From Felis catus (Eukaryota): a stretch of 64,000 nt of DNA. Below the pieces are notes generated by a model. That model was not told where the DNA came from. It searched no databases and worked only from the letters and a program-made list of their open reading frames with translations. The position numbers and the translations under genes were made by a program. The number at the start of each line of letters is the position of its first letter. Positions within the stretch are counted from its first letter, which is position 1. Of this stretch, positions 1 to 12,879 are shown one piece after another. The stretch spans positions 239,074,001 to 239,138,000 of the forward strand of contig NC_058368.1 of NCBI RefSeq assembly GCF_018350175.1, in the 5' to 3' direction.

Positions 1-480
1 GTGATAAAACCACAAGGCTGGAATGCAACGAGAACAGACTTTTCTCGGCTACTGGTGAGAGTAAACCAGACTGGGGGCACCGGAAGCCAGGAGGGCGGAG
101 TGGTGCCCCCTTCCCAGCCACGTGACTATGCAGGTCCCGGGACCTCCTGTGCCCACGCGTCCCCACCTGTCCAACGGGGTGAAATCACACACTCGGGGTG
201 CCACCGCAAGGAGGGAATGGGTCAGTGCACAGCGGGCTCAGTATCCTAGAAAAGCGCAACACAGAGCCGCTCAATAGGGCCTGGGCATCAAGGGCACCAC
301 CTAAACACAAGGGCGTTCACACAACCAGAGTCTGGGCCCTGACCTCAGGGAAAGCCCACAAACAGGCCAGAGAGGAGACTTTCGTCGGCAAGAAAACAAA
401 GTCTGAGGGTGCCGAGCACACACCAGAGCAAAACAACTCAACTCTACGTGAACGAAATGCAAGAGTGAACCTGGAGTTAC

Positions 481-1162
481 CTTGTGTAGGTGTTCAAGAC
501 CCAAGTCAACAGGCTCACGATCTCATTGGCTTCCAGGTCTTCGGACGCGAGCTCCTGCATCCGCGTGCTCAGGGCCTGGTGGTACATGCTCAGGAGGTTT
601 CTGAAGATTTCATAATGCGGGGGGAAACACTGAACCATCAGGTTTTTGGCAACAATGAGGTCATCTAGCACGTACTTCCGTATAATTTCCAGGTGGCGGA
701 CGAGCCACATCTTGTCTGACTCCCTGGTGTCTGCCTGTGTGCCCTCAATTCTAGTGGTCACAGTTCTGTCCAAGATGGCAAACATTTTCTCCTTCCAGTT
801 CTTGGGCCTCCCGGGAGGAACAAAACCAGTTTGCTTTTTTCGGTCGAGTATGCGCCTATCAATTTTTTCTTCCCTTTCGATGATTCTAACAACTGAGACC
901 AGCAAGGTGGGGTCACGGCGAACAGTGACCAGTGACCTCTGCAGCACCATCCACAGCTGCTTGGCCAGCTCGTCCGAAAGCCCCTGTGTGCTCCCGAAGT
1001 AGCCGTGGATGAGGGTCATGTCACGAGTGTTCCCACTGTCCATGCGGTACTGCTCGTACATCAGTCCGTCCCGGGAGCACTCCAGGTCCATCAGCTTCCG
1101 GTGGGCCTGCAGGAGTGCCCCCTGTTCTATGAGGTCCTGGGTCTCCCTCACAATCTCGGGCA
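481..1162 (-). CDS. EXOC3: EXOC3 (exocyst component 3/Sec6) coding exon 4, 682 bp
   Basis: Encodes (V)PEIVRETQDLIEQGALLQAHRKLMDLECSRDG...EIVSLLTWVLNTYT, matching mammalian EXOC3. Acceptor ttccctag| at 1163-1164, donor |gtaact at 479-480. Phase 1 joins exon 3. Confidence 0.97.
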
Positions 1163-1207
1163 CTAGGGAAAAAGGCACAAGATGGCACTGTGAAAACCAC
1201 ACAAAAG

Positions 1208-1341
1208 GCTGTGCGGGACGCTGGGAAGGAGGCAGAGGATGGGGACCTGTCTGTGCGGGATGCTGGGAAGGAGGAGCACGGGCCCCTGTCTGTGTGGGAG
1301 GCTGGGAAGGACACAGAGGACACAGCATGGGGACCTGTCTT
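1208..1341. repeat. Degenerate ~40-bp tandem repeat, about 3 copies
   Basis: ctgtg(c/t)ggga.gctgggaagga...ggg(a/c)cctgt occurs three times. Confidence 0.75.
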
Positions 1342-1859
1342 GCCACCCAGACAACTGCACTGGCAGAAGCTGGGTAACTACTTGGACTGTGGAGTCTGTG
1401 GAAGGCCAGCAACTTCCCAAAGAAGGCTTGGTGGTAAACTGAGGTTAATTTCAGTCTGTCGCAGCTCTGAGCACAGGAGCAGCTCCCCAGGCCCGGCCCA
1501 GCCCGCCACATGCTCTTGAAGCAGCTCGCACACAGCCCTAGAAAACCTGGGTGAGCAGAAAGGACCACGTCCTCCAATACTAAGGATCTGTGTCCCCACT
1601 GCTGGCTGATCAGGGAGATGCAGACACGGAGGTGGAGCCCACTGTTACTACAGGCCCACCACCAATGTTGTAACCCTTCTCTCTTCCACCAGGTGACTTC
1701 TGGGGGATTTAAAGAGCCAGTGCCTCTTTCCCCCTCTGTTTTTATTCCCTTCTCCCTCCAGACATAGGTCCAGGCTCAGCAGACCTGAGAAGACCTTCAA
1801 TACTTCTTGGTCTGATCTGCAGCACAGGGACAGCCTCCAATAACCAAAACACAAGTAAT

Positions 1860-4800
1860 AAACAAAATCACCCCCTGGGGAAGAGGAGCACCTGATTTCA
1901 GAGTTCTCAGGTTACCAGACTCAAATGCCCAATGTCCAACGAAAAAAAAAAATCACAAGGCATCAAAAGTTATAGGAAAGTATGGAGATTCAGTGGAAAA
2001 AATTACCCAACACAAACCATCCGTGAGAAACACTAGGTGGTTGGTCTACCAGACAAAGACTTTAAAGCAAGTCTTAAATGTGCTCCAGAGACTAAAGAAA
2101 GAGGTGCAGAAAGTCCAGAAAATGATACAGGAACAAAATGCAAACATCAATGAAGAGCCAGGAACCCTAAAAGGAAACCAAAAACCACCCTGAAAGTGAA
2201 AACATTTATCTCAAGTGTACAAAGGCGGGTCTGATGGTCAGAAGGAAGACTGCGGACCAAAATGGGACAATGGACATTACCAGGTGAGAGGACCAGAAGG
2301 AAAAAGGACTAAAGGAGAGTGACCAGAGCCTCGGGGGTCTGTGGGCCACCATCAGGTGACCAGCACGCACACTGTGGGCATCCCAGAAGAGGGAAAGAGA
2401 GAAAAGGGGGCAGAGAAATGATCTGACTAGTGGTCAAACTTGCATTTAACTTGATCAAAGACAGGTCTATGAACATCTGAAAACTCACTAAACTCCAAGA
2501 AGAAAAAACTCAGAGGATCTAGAACAAGACATGTTACAAACACACTGCTGAAAACCAAAGACAAAGGGAGAACCTTGAAAGCCGTGCGGGGGAAGCAGCT
2601 GGCTGCCTATGAGGGAACCTCAGTAAGACAAGAAGGTTGTTCACCGTGGAGGCCTGACAGCAGGGGGCTGGGACAGTCGAAGACTGAAAGGAAACCACTG
2701 TCACCTGAGTCCCACACCCAGCAAAACTATCCTTCAAAATGAAGGAGATATGAAGACACTGCCAGACACACACAAGCCGAGGGAGCTCGTGACCCCAAAA
2801 CCTGCCCGGAGACCTCCTGGGAGCCCTGCAGGTGACAGGAAAGGATGCGGGACAGTAATGCAAAGCTGGGTCGAGAAGTACAGATTTCGGTAAGGGAAAT
2901 ACATGGGTAGCTGGAGAAGCCAGTGTTATTGTAACTTTGGTTTGTACCTTTGCTTTTTGTTCTAAGTAATTTAAAAGACTAATACAGCTAGGGAAAAAAT
3001 TACTTGTTCAAAGATAATATTACTATAACTGGTTTATAATTCCACATGATTTGAGACTAATACATAAAAAAAAACAACCAGTGAGTCTGTTTTTGGACAA
3101 CATATAAAGATGTAAGTTTGTGACATCGACAACTGAAAAGGGGTAAGGACGGCATCATGTAGGAGGAGGGTTTTCATCTGTTACTGAAGTTAAGCCAGGA
3201 TAAATTCAGAGTATTTTAACTTTATTTTTTAAATGTGATCCCCATGGTAACCACAAAGAAAACAGCTATTGGATATATAAAAAAAGGAAATGAGGAGTAA
3301 TTCAAACATTTCACCTCAAAAAAATCAACTAAACACAAAACAAGACAATAATGCAGAAACGATAGACACAAAGGCTGTAGGCACACAGAAATCAAATGGG
3401 GAAATGACGGAAGTAAGGCACCCACTATCAGGGATTACTCTACATGTAAGTGGATTAAACTCTCCAATCAGAAGACCAAGACCGCAAAAGGGACAAAAAC
3501 ACAAGATGCAGCCACCTGGCATCTACAAGAGACTCACTTGAGATCCACAGATACAAACCGTGTGAAATGAGAGGCCGGAGGGAACACTTCATGTGAACGG
3601 TGACCAGATTAGAGCAGGTGGCCCTACCAATATCAGGCAAAACAGACCCCAAATCAACAAGTTTACAAGACACAAAGAAGGCATTATATGTTAATAAGAA
3701 GCTCTTTACAGCCAGAAGATACAATTACAAACATTTACGCACTCAATGAGAGACCACCGAATTACACGAAGCAGAAATCCGCAAGACTGAGGAATAGACA
3801 GTCCTGTGATCATAGTTGGGAGACTTCGATGTCACTCACAGTAACGGACAGGACAAGCAGTCAAGAGAGAAGGACATAGAGGACCTGAACCACACAAGCA
3901 CCGACCTCTAACAGACACCCAGGGGACACTCCACCCAGCAGTGGCACACCTGTTCCTCCAAGAGCACGTTTTCCAGGACAGACCATATCTTACACCACTA
4001 ATTAAATCTCAGTAGATTTTAAAAGACAGGTATTATACAAAATACCTTCTCCAACCATGATAGACGAAGTTAGAAATCTTTAACATTAGAAAAATGCACA
4101 AATCTGTGGACATTAAACATATTCAATCACTGGATCAAAGAAAAAAATCACAAAAGAAATTAGAAAATACCTATGAAAACACAGCACACCAAAACTCATG
4201 GGACCAAGGAAAGCAGTTTAAAGGAGAAGTGTATGAACTCTAAATGCTTACATCAAAGAAATGGAAAAATGTCAAGTCAACAACCGAACTTTATAATTTA
4301 GGGAACCAGGAGAAGAGCAGGGTGACCCTAAGGTCAGCAGAAGGAAGGCAGTAAAGAGGAAAGCGGAGAGAAACAAAACAGACAACAGGAAAAGAACACA
4401 GAAAATCGACAACACCAAAAGGTGGTTCTTTGAAAAGATCAACAGTTGACAAACCTTTGGCTAAATGGTCTTAAAAAGAGAGAGAAGACTCAAATACTAA
4501 AATCAGAAATGAAAGTGGGGACATGGCTGCCGATCCTGCAGAAATACGACCACAAGAGTCCTGGAAACTGTACAACGACCTAGACAAGGGGCACAAACCC
4601 ACCCAGACTGACCCTGAAGAACAGGAAATCTTTTTTTTTTTTTAAGTTTATTTATTTATCTTGAGAGCAAGTGTGAGCAGGCGAGGGCAGAGAGAGAGGG
4701 AGGGAGAGAATCCCAAGCACGCTCCCCGATGTCAGCGCAATCTCGGAATCGTGAGATCATGACCTGAGCCGAAACCAAGAGCGGGACCCTTAACCGACTG

Positions 4801-5095
4801 AGCCTCCCAGGTGCCCCTGAAGAAACGGAAAATCTAAACAGACCCATAACTAGTAAAGGGAGGGGAAGTGGGAGCTAACATTTAACGGGTGTAAAATTTG
4901 TTTTTTCTTTCAGTTTTACTAGCATGTGACGGGCACGCAACACTGTCCCATGCCTGTTTCACGGGAGGAGTCCGGGGGTGGGTGGTCATGACAGCTGCAC
5001 AACAACATGAAAGCACTTGACACCACAGAACTGTACACGCAAACAATCAGGCTGATAAACTTTCCACCCTGTGTATCTTACATTAAAATAAAGTG
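1860..5095 (+). mobile_element. Old degenerate L1 (L1M type): ORF1, endonuclease-region and 3' end remnants
   Basis: A-rich + strand with decayed L1 motifs such as ITLHVSGLNSPIRR, gaaattagaaaatac, ggttctttgaaaagatcaac, and a 3' end gaactgtacac. Many stops. Confidence 0.8.
4630..4817 (-). mobile_element. CAN-SINE (SINEC)
   Basis: tRNA-derived head, CT tract and A-tail on the - strand; imperfect TSD ctgaagaa..gaaatct. Confidence 0.9.
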
Positions 5096-5182
5096 GGGGG
5101 GGGGGGGGGAAGGCTGTGTGCACAGTACTCCTGAATTACAGGTAACGAGAAAAGCCTGAAGGCCGTCAAACCAGCACATCTT

Positions 5183-7858
5183 GGCTTCCCAGGGGAATTC
5201 TACCAGACATTTAAAGCAGAAATCATACCTATCCTTCTCAAGCTATTCCAAAAAATAGAAAAGGAAGGAAAACTTCCAGACTCATTCTATGAAGCCAGCA
5301 TTACTTTGATTCCTAAACCAGACAGAGACCCAGTAAAAAAAGAGAACTACAGGCCAATAACCCTGATGAATATGGATGTAAAAATTCTCAATAAGATACT
5401 AGCAAATCGAATTCAACAGCATATAAAAAGAATTATTCACCATGATCAAGTGGGATTCATTCCTGGGAGCAGGGCTGGTTCAACATCTGCAAATCAATCA
5501 ACGTGATACATCACATTAATAAAAGAAAAGATAAGAACCATATGATCCTGTCCATCCATGCAGAAAAAGCATTTGACAAAATTCAGTATCCTTTTCTTTT
5601 TTTTTTTTTCAGTATCCTTTCTTAATAAAAACCCTCAAGAAAGTCAGGATAGAAGAAACATACTTAAACATAAAAGCCATTTATGAAAAGCCCACAGCTA
5701 ATATCATCCTCAATGGGGAAAAACTGAGAGCTTTCTCCCTGAGATCAGGAACACGACAGGGATGTCCACTCTCACTGCTGTTGTTTAACATAGTGTTGGA
5801 AGTTCTAGCATCAGCAATCAGACAACAAAACGAAATCAAAGGCATCAAAATTGGCAAAGATTAAGTTAAGCTTTCACTTTTTGCAGATGACATATTATAC
5901 ACGGAAAATCCAAGAGACTCAACCAAAAGCCTGTAGAACTGATACATGAATTCAGCCAAGTCACAGGATACAAAATCAATGTACAGAAATCAGCTGCATT
6001 CTTATACACTAATAATGAAGCAACAAAAAGACAAAGAAACAGATCCCATTCACAATTGCACCAAGAAGCATAAAATACCTAGGAATAAACCTAACCAAAA
6101 ATGTAAAAGATCCGTATGCTGAAAACTATAGAAAGCTTATGAAGGAAATTGAAGAAGATATAAAGAAATGGAAAAACATTCCGTGCTCATGGATTGGAAG
6201 AATAAATATTGTTAAAATGTCAATACTACCCAAAGCTATCTACACATTCAGTGCAATCCCAATCAAAACGGCACCAGCATTCTTCTTGAAGCTAGAACAA
6301 GCAATCCTAAAATTTGTATGGAACCACAAAAGACCCCGAATAGCCAAAGTAATATTGAAGAAGACCAGCGGGAGGCATCACAATCCCAGACTTTAGCCTC
6401 TACTACAAAGCTATAATCATCAAGACAGCATGGTATTGGCACAAAAACAGACACACAGACCAATGGAACAGAATAGAAACCCCAGAACTAGACCCACCAA
6501 AGTATGGCCAACTAATCTTTGACAAAGCAGGAAAGAATATCCAATGGAAAAAAGACAGTCTCTTTAACAAATGGTGCTGGGAGAACTGGACAGCAACATG
6601 CAGAAGGATGAAACTAGACCACTTTCTTACACCATTCACAAAAACAAACTCAAAATGGATAAAGGACCTGAATGTGAGACAGGAAACCATCAAAACCCTA
6701 GAGGAGAAAGTAGGAAAAAACCTCTCTGACCTCAGCCGCAGCAATTTCTTACTTGACACATCCCCAAGGGCAAGGTAATTAAAAGCAAAAATGAACTACT
6801 GAGACCTCATGAAGATAAAAAGCCTCTGCAGAGCAAAGGAAACAATCAACAAAACTAAAAGGCAACCAATAGAATGGGAAAAGATATTTGCAAATGACAT
6901 ATAGGACAAAGGGCTAGTATCCAAAATCTATGAAGAGCTCACCAAACTCCGCACCCGAAAAACAAATAATCCAGTGAAGAAATGGGCAGAAAACATGAAT
7001 AGACACTTCTCTAAAGAAGACATCCAGATGGCCAACAGGCACATGAAAAGATGCTCAACGTCGCTCCTCATCAGGGGAATACAAATCAAAATCACACTCA
7101 GATATCACCTCACGCCAGTCAGAGTGGCTAAAATGAACAAATCAGGAGACCACAGATGCTGGAGAGGATGTGGAGAAACGGGAACCCTCTTGCACTGTTG
7201 GTGGGAATGCAAACTGGTGTAGCCTCTCTGGAAAACAGTGTGGAATTTCCTCAAAAAATTAAAAATAGGTCTACCCTATGACCCAGCAATAGCACTGCTA
7301 GGAATTTACCCAAGGGATACAGGAGTGCTGATGCATAGGGGCACTTGTACCCCAATGTTTATAGCAGCACTCTCAACAATAGCCAAATTATGGAAAGAGC
7401 CTAAATGTCCATCAACTGACGAATGGATAAAGAAATTGTGGTTTATATACACAATGGGAATACTATGTGGCAATGAGAAAGAATGAAATATGGCCCTTTG
7501 TAGCAACACGAATGGAACTGGAGAGTGTTATGTTAAGTGAAATAAGTCATACAGAGAAAGACAGATACCATATGTTTTCACTCTTATGTGGATCCTGAGA
7601 TACTTAACAGAAGTCCATGGGGGAGGGGAAGAAAAAAAAAAAAAAAAGAGGTTAGAGAGAGAGAGAGCCAAAGCATAAGAAACTCTTAAAAACTGAGAAC
7701 TAAGGGTTGATGGGGGGTGGGAGGGAGAGGGGGGTGGGTGATGGGTATTGAGGAGGGCACCTTTTGGGATGAGCACTGGATGTTGTATGGAAACCAACTG
7801 GACAATAAATTTCATATTAAAAAAATTATAAAAAGAAAAAGAAAAACAAAAACAAAAC
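5183..7858 (+). mobile_element. 5'-truncated felid/carnivore L1 (ORF2 RT to 3' UTR and A-tail) with 13-bp TSD
   Basis: ORF2 peptides [34 protein letters not shown] and [19 protein letters not shown] and A-rich tail. TSD accagcacatctt at 5170-5182 and 7859-7871. Contains frameshifts and stops. Confidence 0.95.
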
Positions 7859-9188
7859 ACCAGCACATCTTCCCAGTAAGATCTACTCCTAACAAAAATA
7901 CATATGTAACACAGCCTCATTCATTCCTCAAGGGAAGGAAATTATTTTCAACCCCTGTGGATGGACTGCTTCCAGTAAAGTCACGTTCTGGTCATCTGGC
8001 GTTAGTTTTACAAGACTGGAAGGAAATCATAAGGAGAGAGATTAACTAGCAAGGTGCCAGCTGGGTGTCACAAAGGAGAGTCGGGCGTGGGGACTCCATG
8101 CTAGTCCTGGGGACAGCCACCAAGAGGAGCTGCCTCCTTAGCACCCGCTGCAGCTGTGCCGTTCGCGTAGCTATGTGGGAGGCAACTTGGAAGGTGGCCC
8201 AAGGTATCAGACCTCGGGAGGCTGAGTGCAGAGCGAGGGGTCAGACCAGGCGCGAGAGGGCCAAGGAGTCAGAGCCTGAGGACGCAAGCTGCCAAGGTGC
8301 TTTGCAGTGCCACAGTGGTGGGAGACACGCGGCCTTGTGATGTTCAGGGGTCAAGCAGAGTTTAGGGAAGGACACAAAGAATCCACGGACACCAGACATG
8401 GGATAAAGGAAGGTTCGGCATCAGACTATCCCAAGGCCTCTGGCTGGGATGCTGGTGACCCTGATAAAGGGGAGGGGATGAGGGTGGCGGGAGACAGACT
8501 CTGGACTGTGCAAAGTGGACAGAGAGCCCGGCCCAGGTGACTGACACTGTTCCATAAGGCTGTGGAGCGTACTTCTTCTCAGTAATGAGGTGTCGGGACA
8601 CGGCTCCGAAAGGGCCACTCCATACTCCCTTTCCCTGCGCCACTCCGCCAGCCCCCAGACCCCCACCAGGTCCCAAGGTCCCCAGCGCTGAGCTGCCTGA
8701 CGCCGCAGAGCAGTCCCTCCTCTGCCCTCCCCACCCTTGGCCTGTGAGCACTCTCTTCCACCTAGAAAACGCTACTCTCCTAAGTCACCTCTCTCTGGGA
8801 ACTGGACCCTCTGTCTTGTTCGCCAGGATGCATCTTCTCCTTGGCCTGTCAGGGCCCCCTGGTCTAACAGCCATACTGTGGCCAGGGGAGCGAAGCTCCC
8901 ATAGCACTTATTTGACTAACCCGTTTCTGTGCCTCTGTCCTGGCAAACAGAACGACAAGCATTCTCCTGGTCTTTGCAACTGGTCCCTTCGTCCTCAGTC
9001 CAAACAAGTAGTCAACTGCTTAGGCGGGAATCAAACCCACTATCCGTGCAGAGGCAGGTCTACAAAACACCCTGCACGAAAGCTGGGTCCATCCCCGCAT
9101 CACCCACAGAGCTGTGGGGAAGAGCACAGACAGCACGCTGCCCCTGACGCCCAAGGCACCCGCCCTCCTCAGCTGTCCCCCCAGCCAC

Positions 9189-9408
9189 CTGAGAAGATGT
9201 TCTTGAGGTTTTCCACGGCGGCAGCAAGCTGGCTGTGCCGCACGACAGCGTCCTTCACATCCTTGAGGCTCTCAACGGTGTTGATGCTCTGCCTCCAGTC
9301 TCTGCTGACATCGGCCAGGGACCGCTGGATGTCTGTGACGTCGTTCAGCGCGCTGTGGAGCTGGCTCAGGCCTGTACGCACACCATCCAACTGGGACTGG
9401 ATCGCAGC
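9189..9408 (-). CDS. EXOC3: EXOC3 coding exon 3, 220 bp
   Basis: Encodes [24 protein letters not shown]...[12 protein letters not shown]. Acceptor cctag| at 9409-9410, donor G|gtggct at 9187-9188. Phases 0 and 1. Confidence 0.97.
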
Positions 9409-10285
9409 CTAGGGGAGACACCCAGGGGAGATGCGTCGGGCTCTGCACCGGGCCTGGAGCCTAAGATATTCTCTCTCTCTCTGTCTCTCCCCCCTCCCAC
9501 CCCCCGGCCCTCTCTCTGGCTCACGTCTCATGAGGGACAGTGCCACTGTGCAGAACTGGTACATCTGAGATTCAGACTCCCTCCACCAGTGATGCCGAAT
9601 GGCCACGAGCAAGCTGTACAGCCAGAAGGCAGGGGGCATGAAGGAGTGGCAGCAGGTGGAGGGGACAGGGAAGGGAAAGACCAGGTGGCACAATCAAAGC
9701 CAGGAACACACCTGACCCAGGAGTCATAAACTGCAGGTAGAAATCATTAAGACGATGATAACAGACTGCACAAGGTTCCTAAGTCACCAGTGATAATCAT
9801 CTGTTAATCCCACAAGTTTCTGGAACAGATAAAAATTCTGACTACAAATGTAGCGGGTCCAAACTATTTTTTAAATGAAAGGAAAACTACCATTTTAAAT
9901 AAGTCTAACCGGCCTTCAGATGCTTCATTTTGGGACAAATGAATGACCCTCACCTGTCTCATCAAGCCTGCCATTGCCTGGATGCTAAAAGCGTTTTTGG
10001 CTGAAGAGGTGACCTTGCAGCCTCATTCTCTTAAGGGTGTTCCTTTGGGACTTCCAATATTCCCACAATCTCCTTTGTGAATCTACTGCTTGGTAATACA
10101 GGGTTGGAAGGAATGTGTTAAGGAAAGGTGATGCTCCATTCTGCCTCTTTCCAGATCGTCACAAAATCCAATTTAATTTAGCAAAACTACAATGAAGATG
10201 TTGTGCAGAAACCCAGAACTCAAAAGAAAGAGATCTGTCCTGATTGGGAGTAAAGCCGACGCCCATGGCCTCTCTGGTCTCGTAC

Positions 10286-10429
10286 CTTCAATCTGGCCTC
10301 CACAGAGGCCTTTTTCCGGGCCTCTCTTCTGCGATACTGCTCGACTTTATCCAGCTGGTCCGGGCGCTGAAGCATCCCAGCAACCCTCTGGACCGCTGTC
10401 GCAACAGCCTCCCGGTCTGTTTCCTTCAT
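10286..10429 (-). CDS. EXOC3: EXOC3 first coding segment (exon 2 spans about 10286-10476 including 5' UTR)
   Basis: Encodes [48 protein letters not shown]. Donor AAG|gtacga at 10284-10285. Pyrimidine-rich acceptor ...ccctcacag| at 10477-10478. Confidence 0.96.
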
Positions 10430-11479
10430 GATTACAAAGCAGGTGGGATGTCGGCACCTGTCATGCTAGAGGTGTCCTGTGAGGGTGGGGGGAGAGCGCG
10501 GGAGGAGGTCAGGGAAGGAAGAAATATCAGGTACAGAACTCATTCCCCTAACAGTCAGCTGTTCACAATGGAGCTGGAAAGACAGCATTTGAGATCATTA
10601 ACCCATTAAACCCGAAAGCTAAACCGGGATTACGAGCTCCTTAATACGAAATGCAAACCTTCAAAACTCTGATATGAAGACAGTTCTACCCCTAAGTGGA
10701 GCAGAGGCACTCACAGGTATGAACTCTGATCTCTGAACAGAGAACGTGTCCGTGGGGACTTCAGACCCCTCATCCTATCAGATGTCGGTCTCCAAGGGAC
10801 TTCTCCTCCCTAGACAAGGCCAATTTCTGGAGCCTTCACAGAACCCTTTGGCCACATCGGTGGGGCGGCTGTGCCCAGAGGCCTCGGTGAGGACGCGGAG
10901 GCACAGGGACAGCACACACCTCAACATGCCTCGCCCCTCCCCTGCTCAAGTCCCGGCCCACGCCCTAGGGTTCCCCTCAAAACTCACTGCCGTCTGTAAT
11001 ACCCAGCATTCTGCTGCCTGCACTGAACAGCCCAATAACCAAAGATGGGGGGGCAGAAGGCACCTGTGCTCAGGTACAACGTGCACAGCACGGACGCTTG
11101 CCTGCCGGGCAAACCTACCTTCCAACCCAGCTCCAGAGCTCTATTCCTGGCACCAACAGGGGTATCTGGTGAGGCCTGCCAAGTGAGAGGGTTTCATACA
11201 CACGGGATCCCCTGACCTCAGCTATTAAACTCCTACTTCTGCGCATGTTTTCTGTATACAGCTTCTTAAAGCGGAAGGGCCATCCTCTCCCTTAATACTT
11301 TACTCCTCATTCCCACAGCTTTCAGAAAAACCCAGAACTGCACCGACTATCTCCGCCATGGGCTCTGTATCAGGTAATCACTGGGTGCAGGATGCGCCTT
11401 TCTGCTCCTCTTTCGAAAGGCACTACGCTGCAACCAGTCCTTCCCACCAATGCCCACCAATGCCGAGAATCTAACGGGA

Positions 11480-12230
11480 CAGAAAAATGCGCAGATGCCA
11501 AAGGCAACCAGCCTTAAATTCCACCATCCGAAGGCAGGCGTTTCCTCCTCGGCCGACACTCACTGCAGAGGTAACCCGCGCTTCCACCGGCCGCACACCT
11601 GCACGGTTTTCCGCATGGGGCGGGACGGTAACCGCAGAAGCGGGCCTCCAGCCGGTCGCAGGTGCGCACAGCAGGCCTCGGACGGCCCCCTGCGGCTGTC
11701 TCGGTGCCCCCCGAAAGCTCCCCAGCGAGCGGCGCTCTCGGAGTCGACAGGCCCCTACCCACCGGGGTGAGGGGCGACATCGCGGCCTCAACCAAGCCTT
11801 CCCGGCCACAGAGCGACCGGGCCGCGCCAGTCGAGAGCCCGGCTGTGCTGCCCGTTTCCCCGCCCGACCCCTCCCATTCCCCCCTCCGTCCCCTCCGTCC
11901 TCGCACCGCGCCGACCACCGCCCAGGAGCTCGCGCTCCTCCGCCGCCGTCTACCACTCACCGCCTCCACCGCCGCCGCCCGGCTCTGGGCCCGGAAGTAA
12001 GCCGCCCACAGACACTTCCGCTTCCGGTCGCGCGCCGGAAAGGCGGGGCCTGAGCTGTCAGACCTGAGGGGTGGCTGTCTCCTCCCACCGGGCGAGGTAG
12101 CCTTCAGGACCGGGTCCCGGCCCGGGTCGCTCCCACGGGGGTGGAGTGAGGAGGGTCCCTTCCTCACTCAGCCCCTCTTATTCCAGCCCTTCCTGTCCTC
12201 TCCCCTCCGCGGCCCCAGGCCCGCTGTTCT
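11480..12230. promoter_or_regulatory. CpG-island promoter of EXOC3 with ETS/GABP sites and a GC box
   Basis: Very high GC and CpG content. CCGGAAGT at 11991, tandem ACTTCCGCTTCCGG at about 12014-12027, CCGGAA at 12035, GGCGGGGC at 12042. No TATA box seen. Confidence 0.88.
11961..12030 (-). other. EXOC3: Probable non-coding exon 1 of EXOC3 (TSS approximate)
   Basis: Strong donor GGCG|gtgagt at 11959-11960 inside the CpG island, just downstream of clustered ETS and GC-box motifs. Confidence 0.7.
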
Positions 12231-12399
12231 GTGCACCTGCCAGTGCCTCTCCTTGGGCACCGTTCTCAGTACTCATCTTCACTATGGTCTCTTTCCCCTT
12301 GTGTCCTTTCTGTAACCCTCTGTGACCTCCTTCAGTGAGGGAGCCACTGTGCCCCTCCATCGCTCCGCCTCATCTTGAGTATTTTCCGCCCTGGTTTCC

Positions 12400-12545
12400 A
12401 TTACTGGGGCTCTGTGTATTTATTTGTCCACATCTGTCTTTCCTGTTACAATGTGGCAGGGGTTTTGTGGCCTTCGCGTGCCCCAGCTCCTCCCCAGACC
12501 CGTGACTGGCATAGGGCAGACATTCAGTAAATTAATGAACAAGGT
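12400..12545 (+). mobile_element. L2 3' end fragment
   Basis: tctgtctttcc...ggcagggg...tggcatagggcagacattcagtaaattaatgaa. Confidence 0.55.
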
Positions 12546-12879
12546 GGGTAACGGTTGGTAATCAGTCACATCTGACTGTCTAGATCAACACCCAGCTTGT
12601 TACTTCGCAGCTTCTTGGCTGTTGTTACACCTTGGAATCAAAAATGAGCCCAGCCCCTCAGGATCAGCACATCTCAAGATCACCCCTTGTAATGAGTACA
12701 GACAAAACAGAAGCCCACCTGGGAACAACCCGCAGTAGGACTGGTTGTCACAAAATGCTAAGAGGGTGGAGGCCAAGCTGGGGGGTGGGGGGTGGGTCTT
12801 GGGGATGAGGAGTGTCACTGGGCAGAGGTGCAGGGGTGGGAGGTAGGGGGGGCTGCACTAGCTGGAAAGAAGAGGAGGA

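Noticed and set aside
1163..1577. N-terminal part of the 366-aa ORF 477..1577
   Set aside because: Intronic open frame upstream of the EXOC3 exon 4 acceptor; homology starts at VPEIVRE.
5306..7486. Reverse-transcriptase ORF fragments as an active or novel RT system
   Set aside because: Ordinary 5'-truncated L1 ORF2 with frameshifts and stops; non-autonomous.
11471..12167. Overlapping 160-217 aa ORFs across the EXOC3 promoter
   Set aside because: Typical CpG-island artefacts with no recognisable homology.
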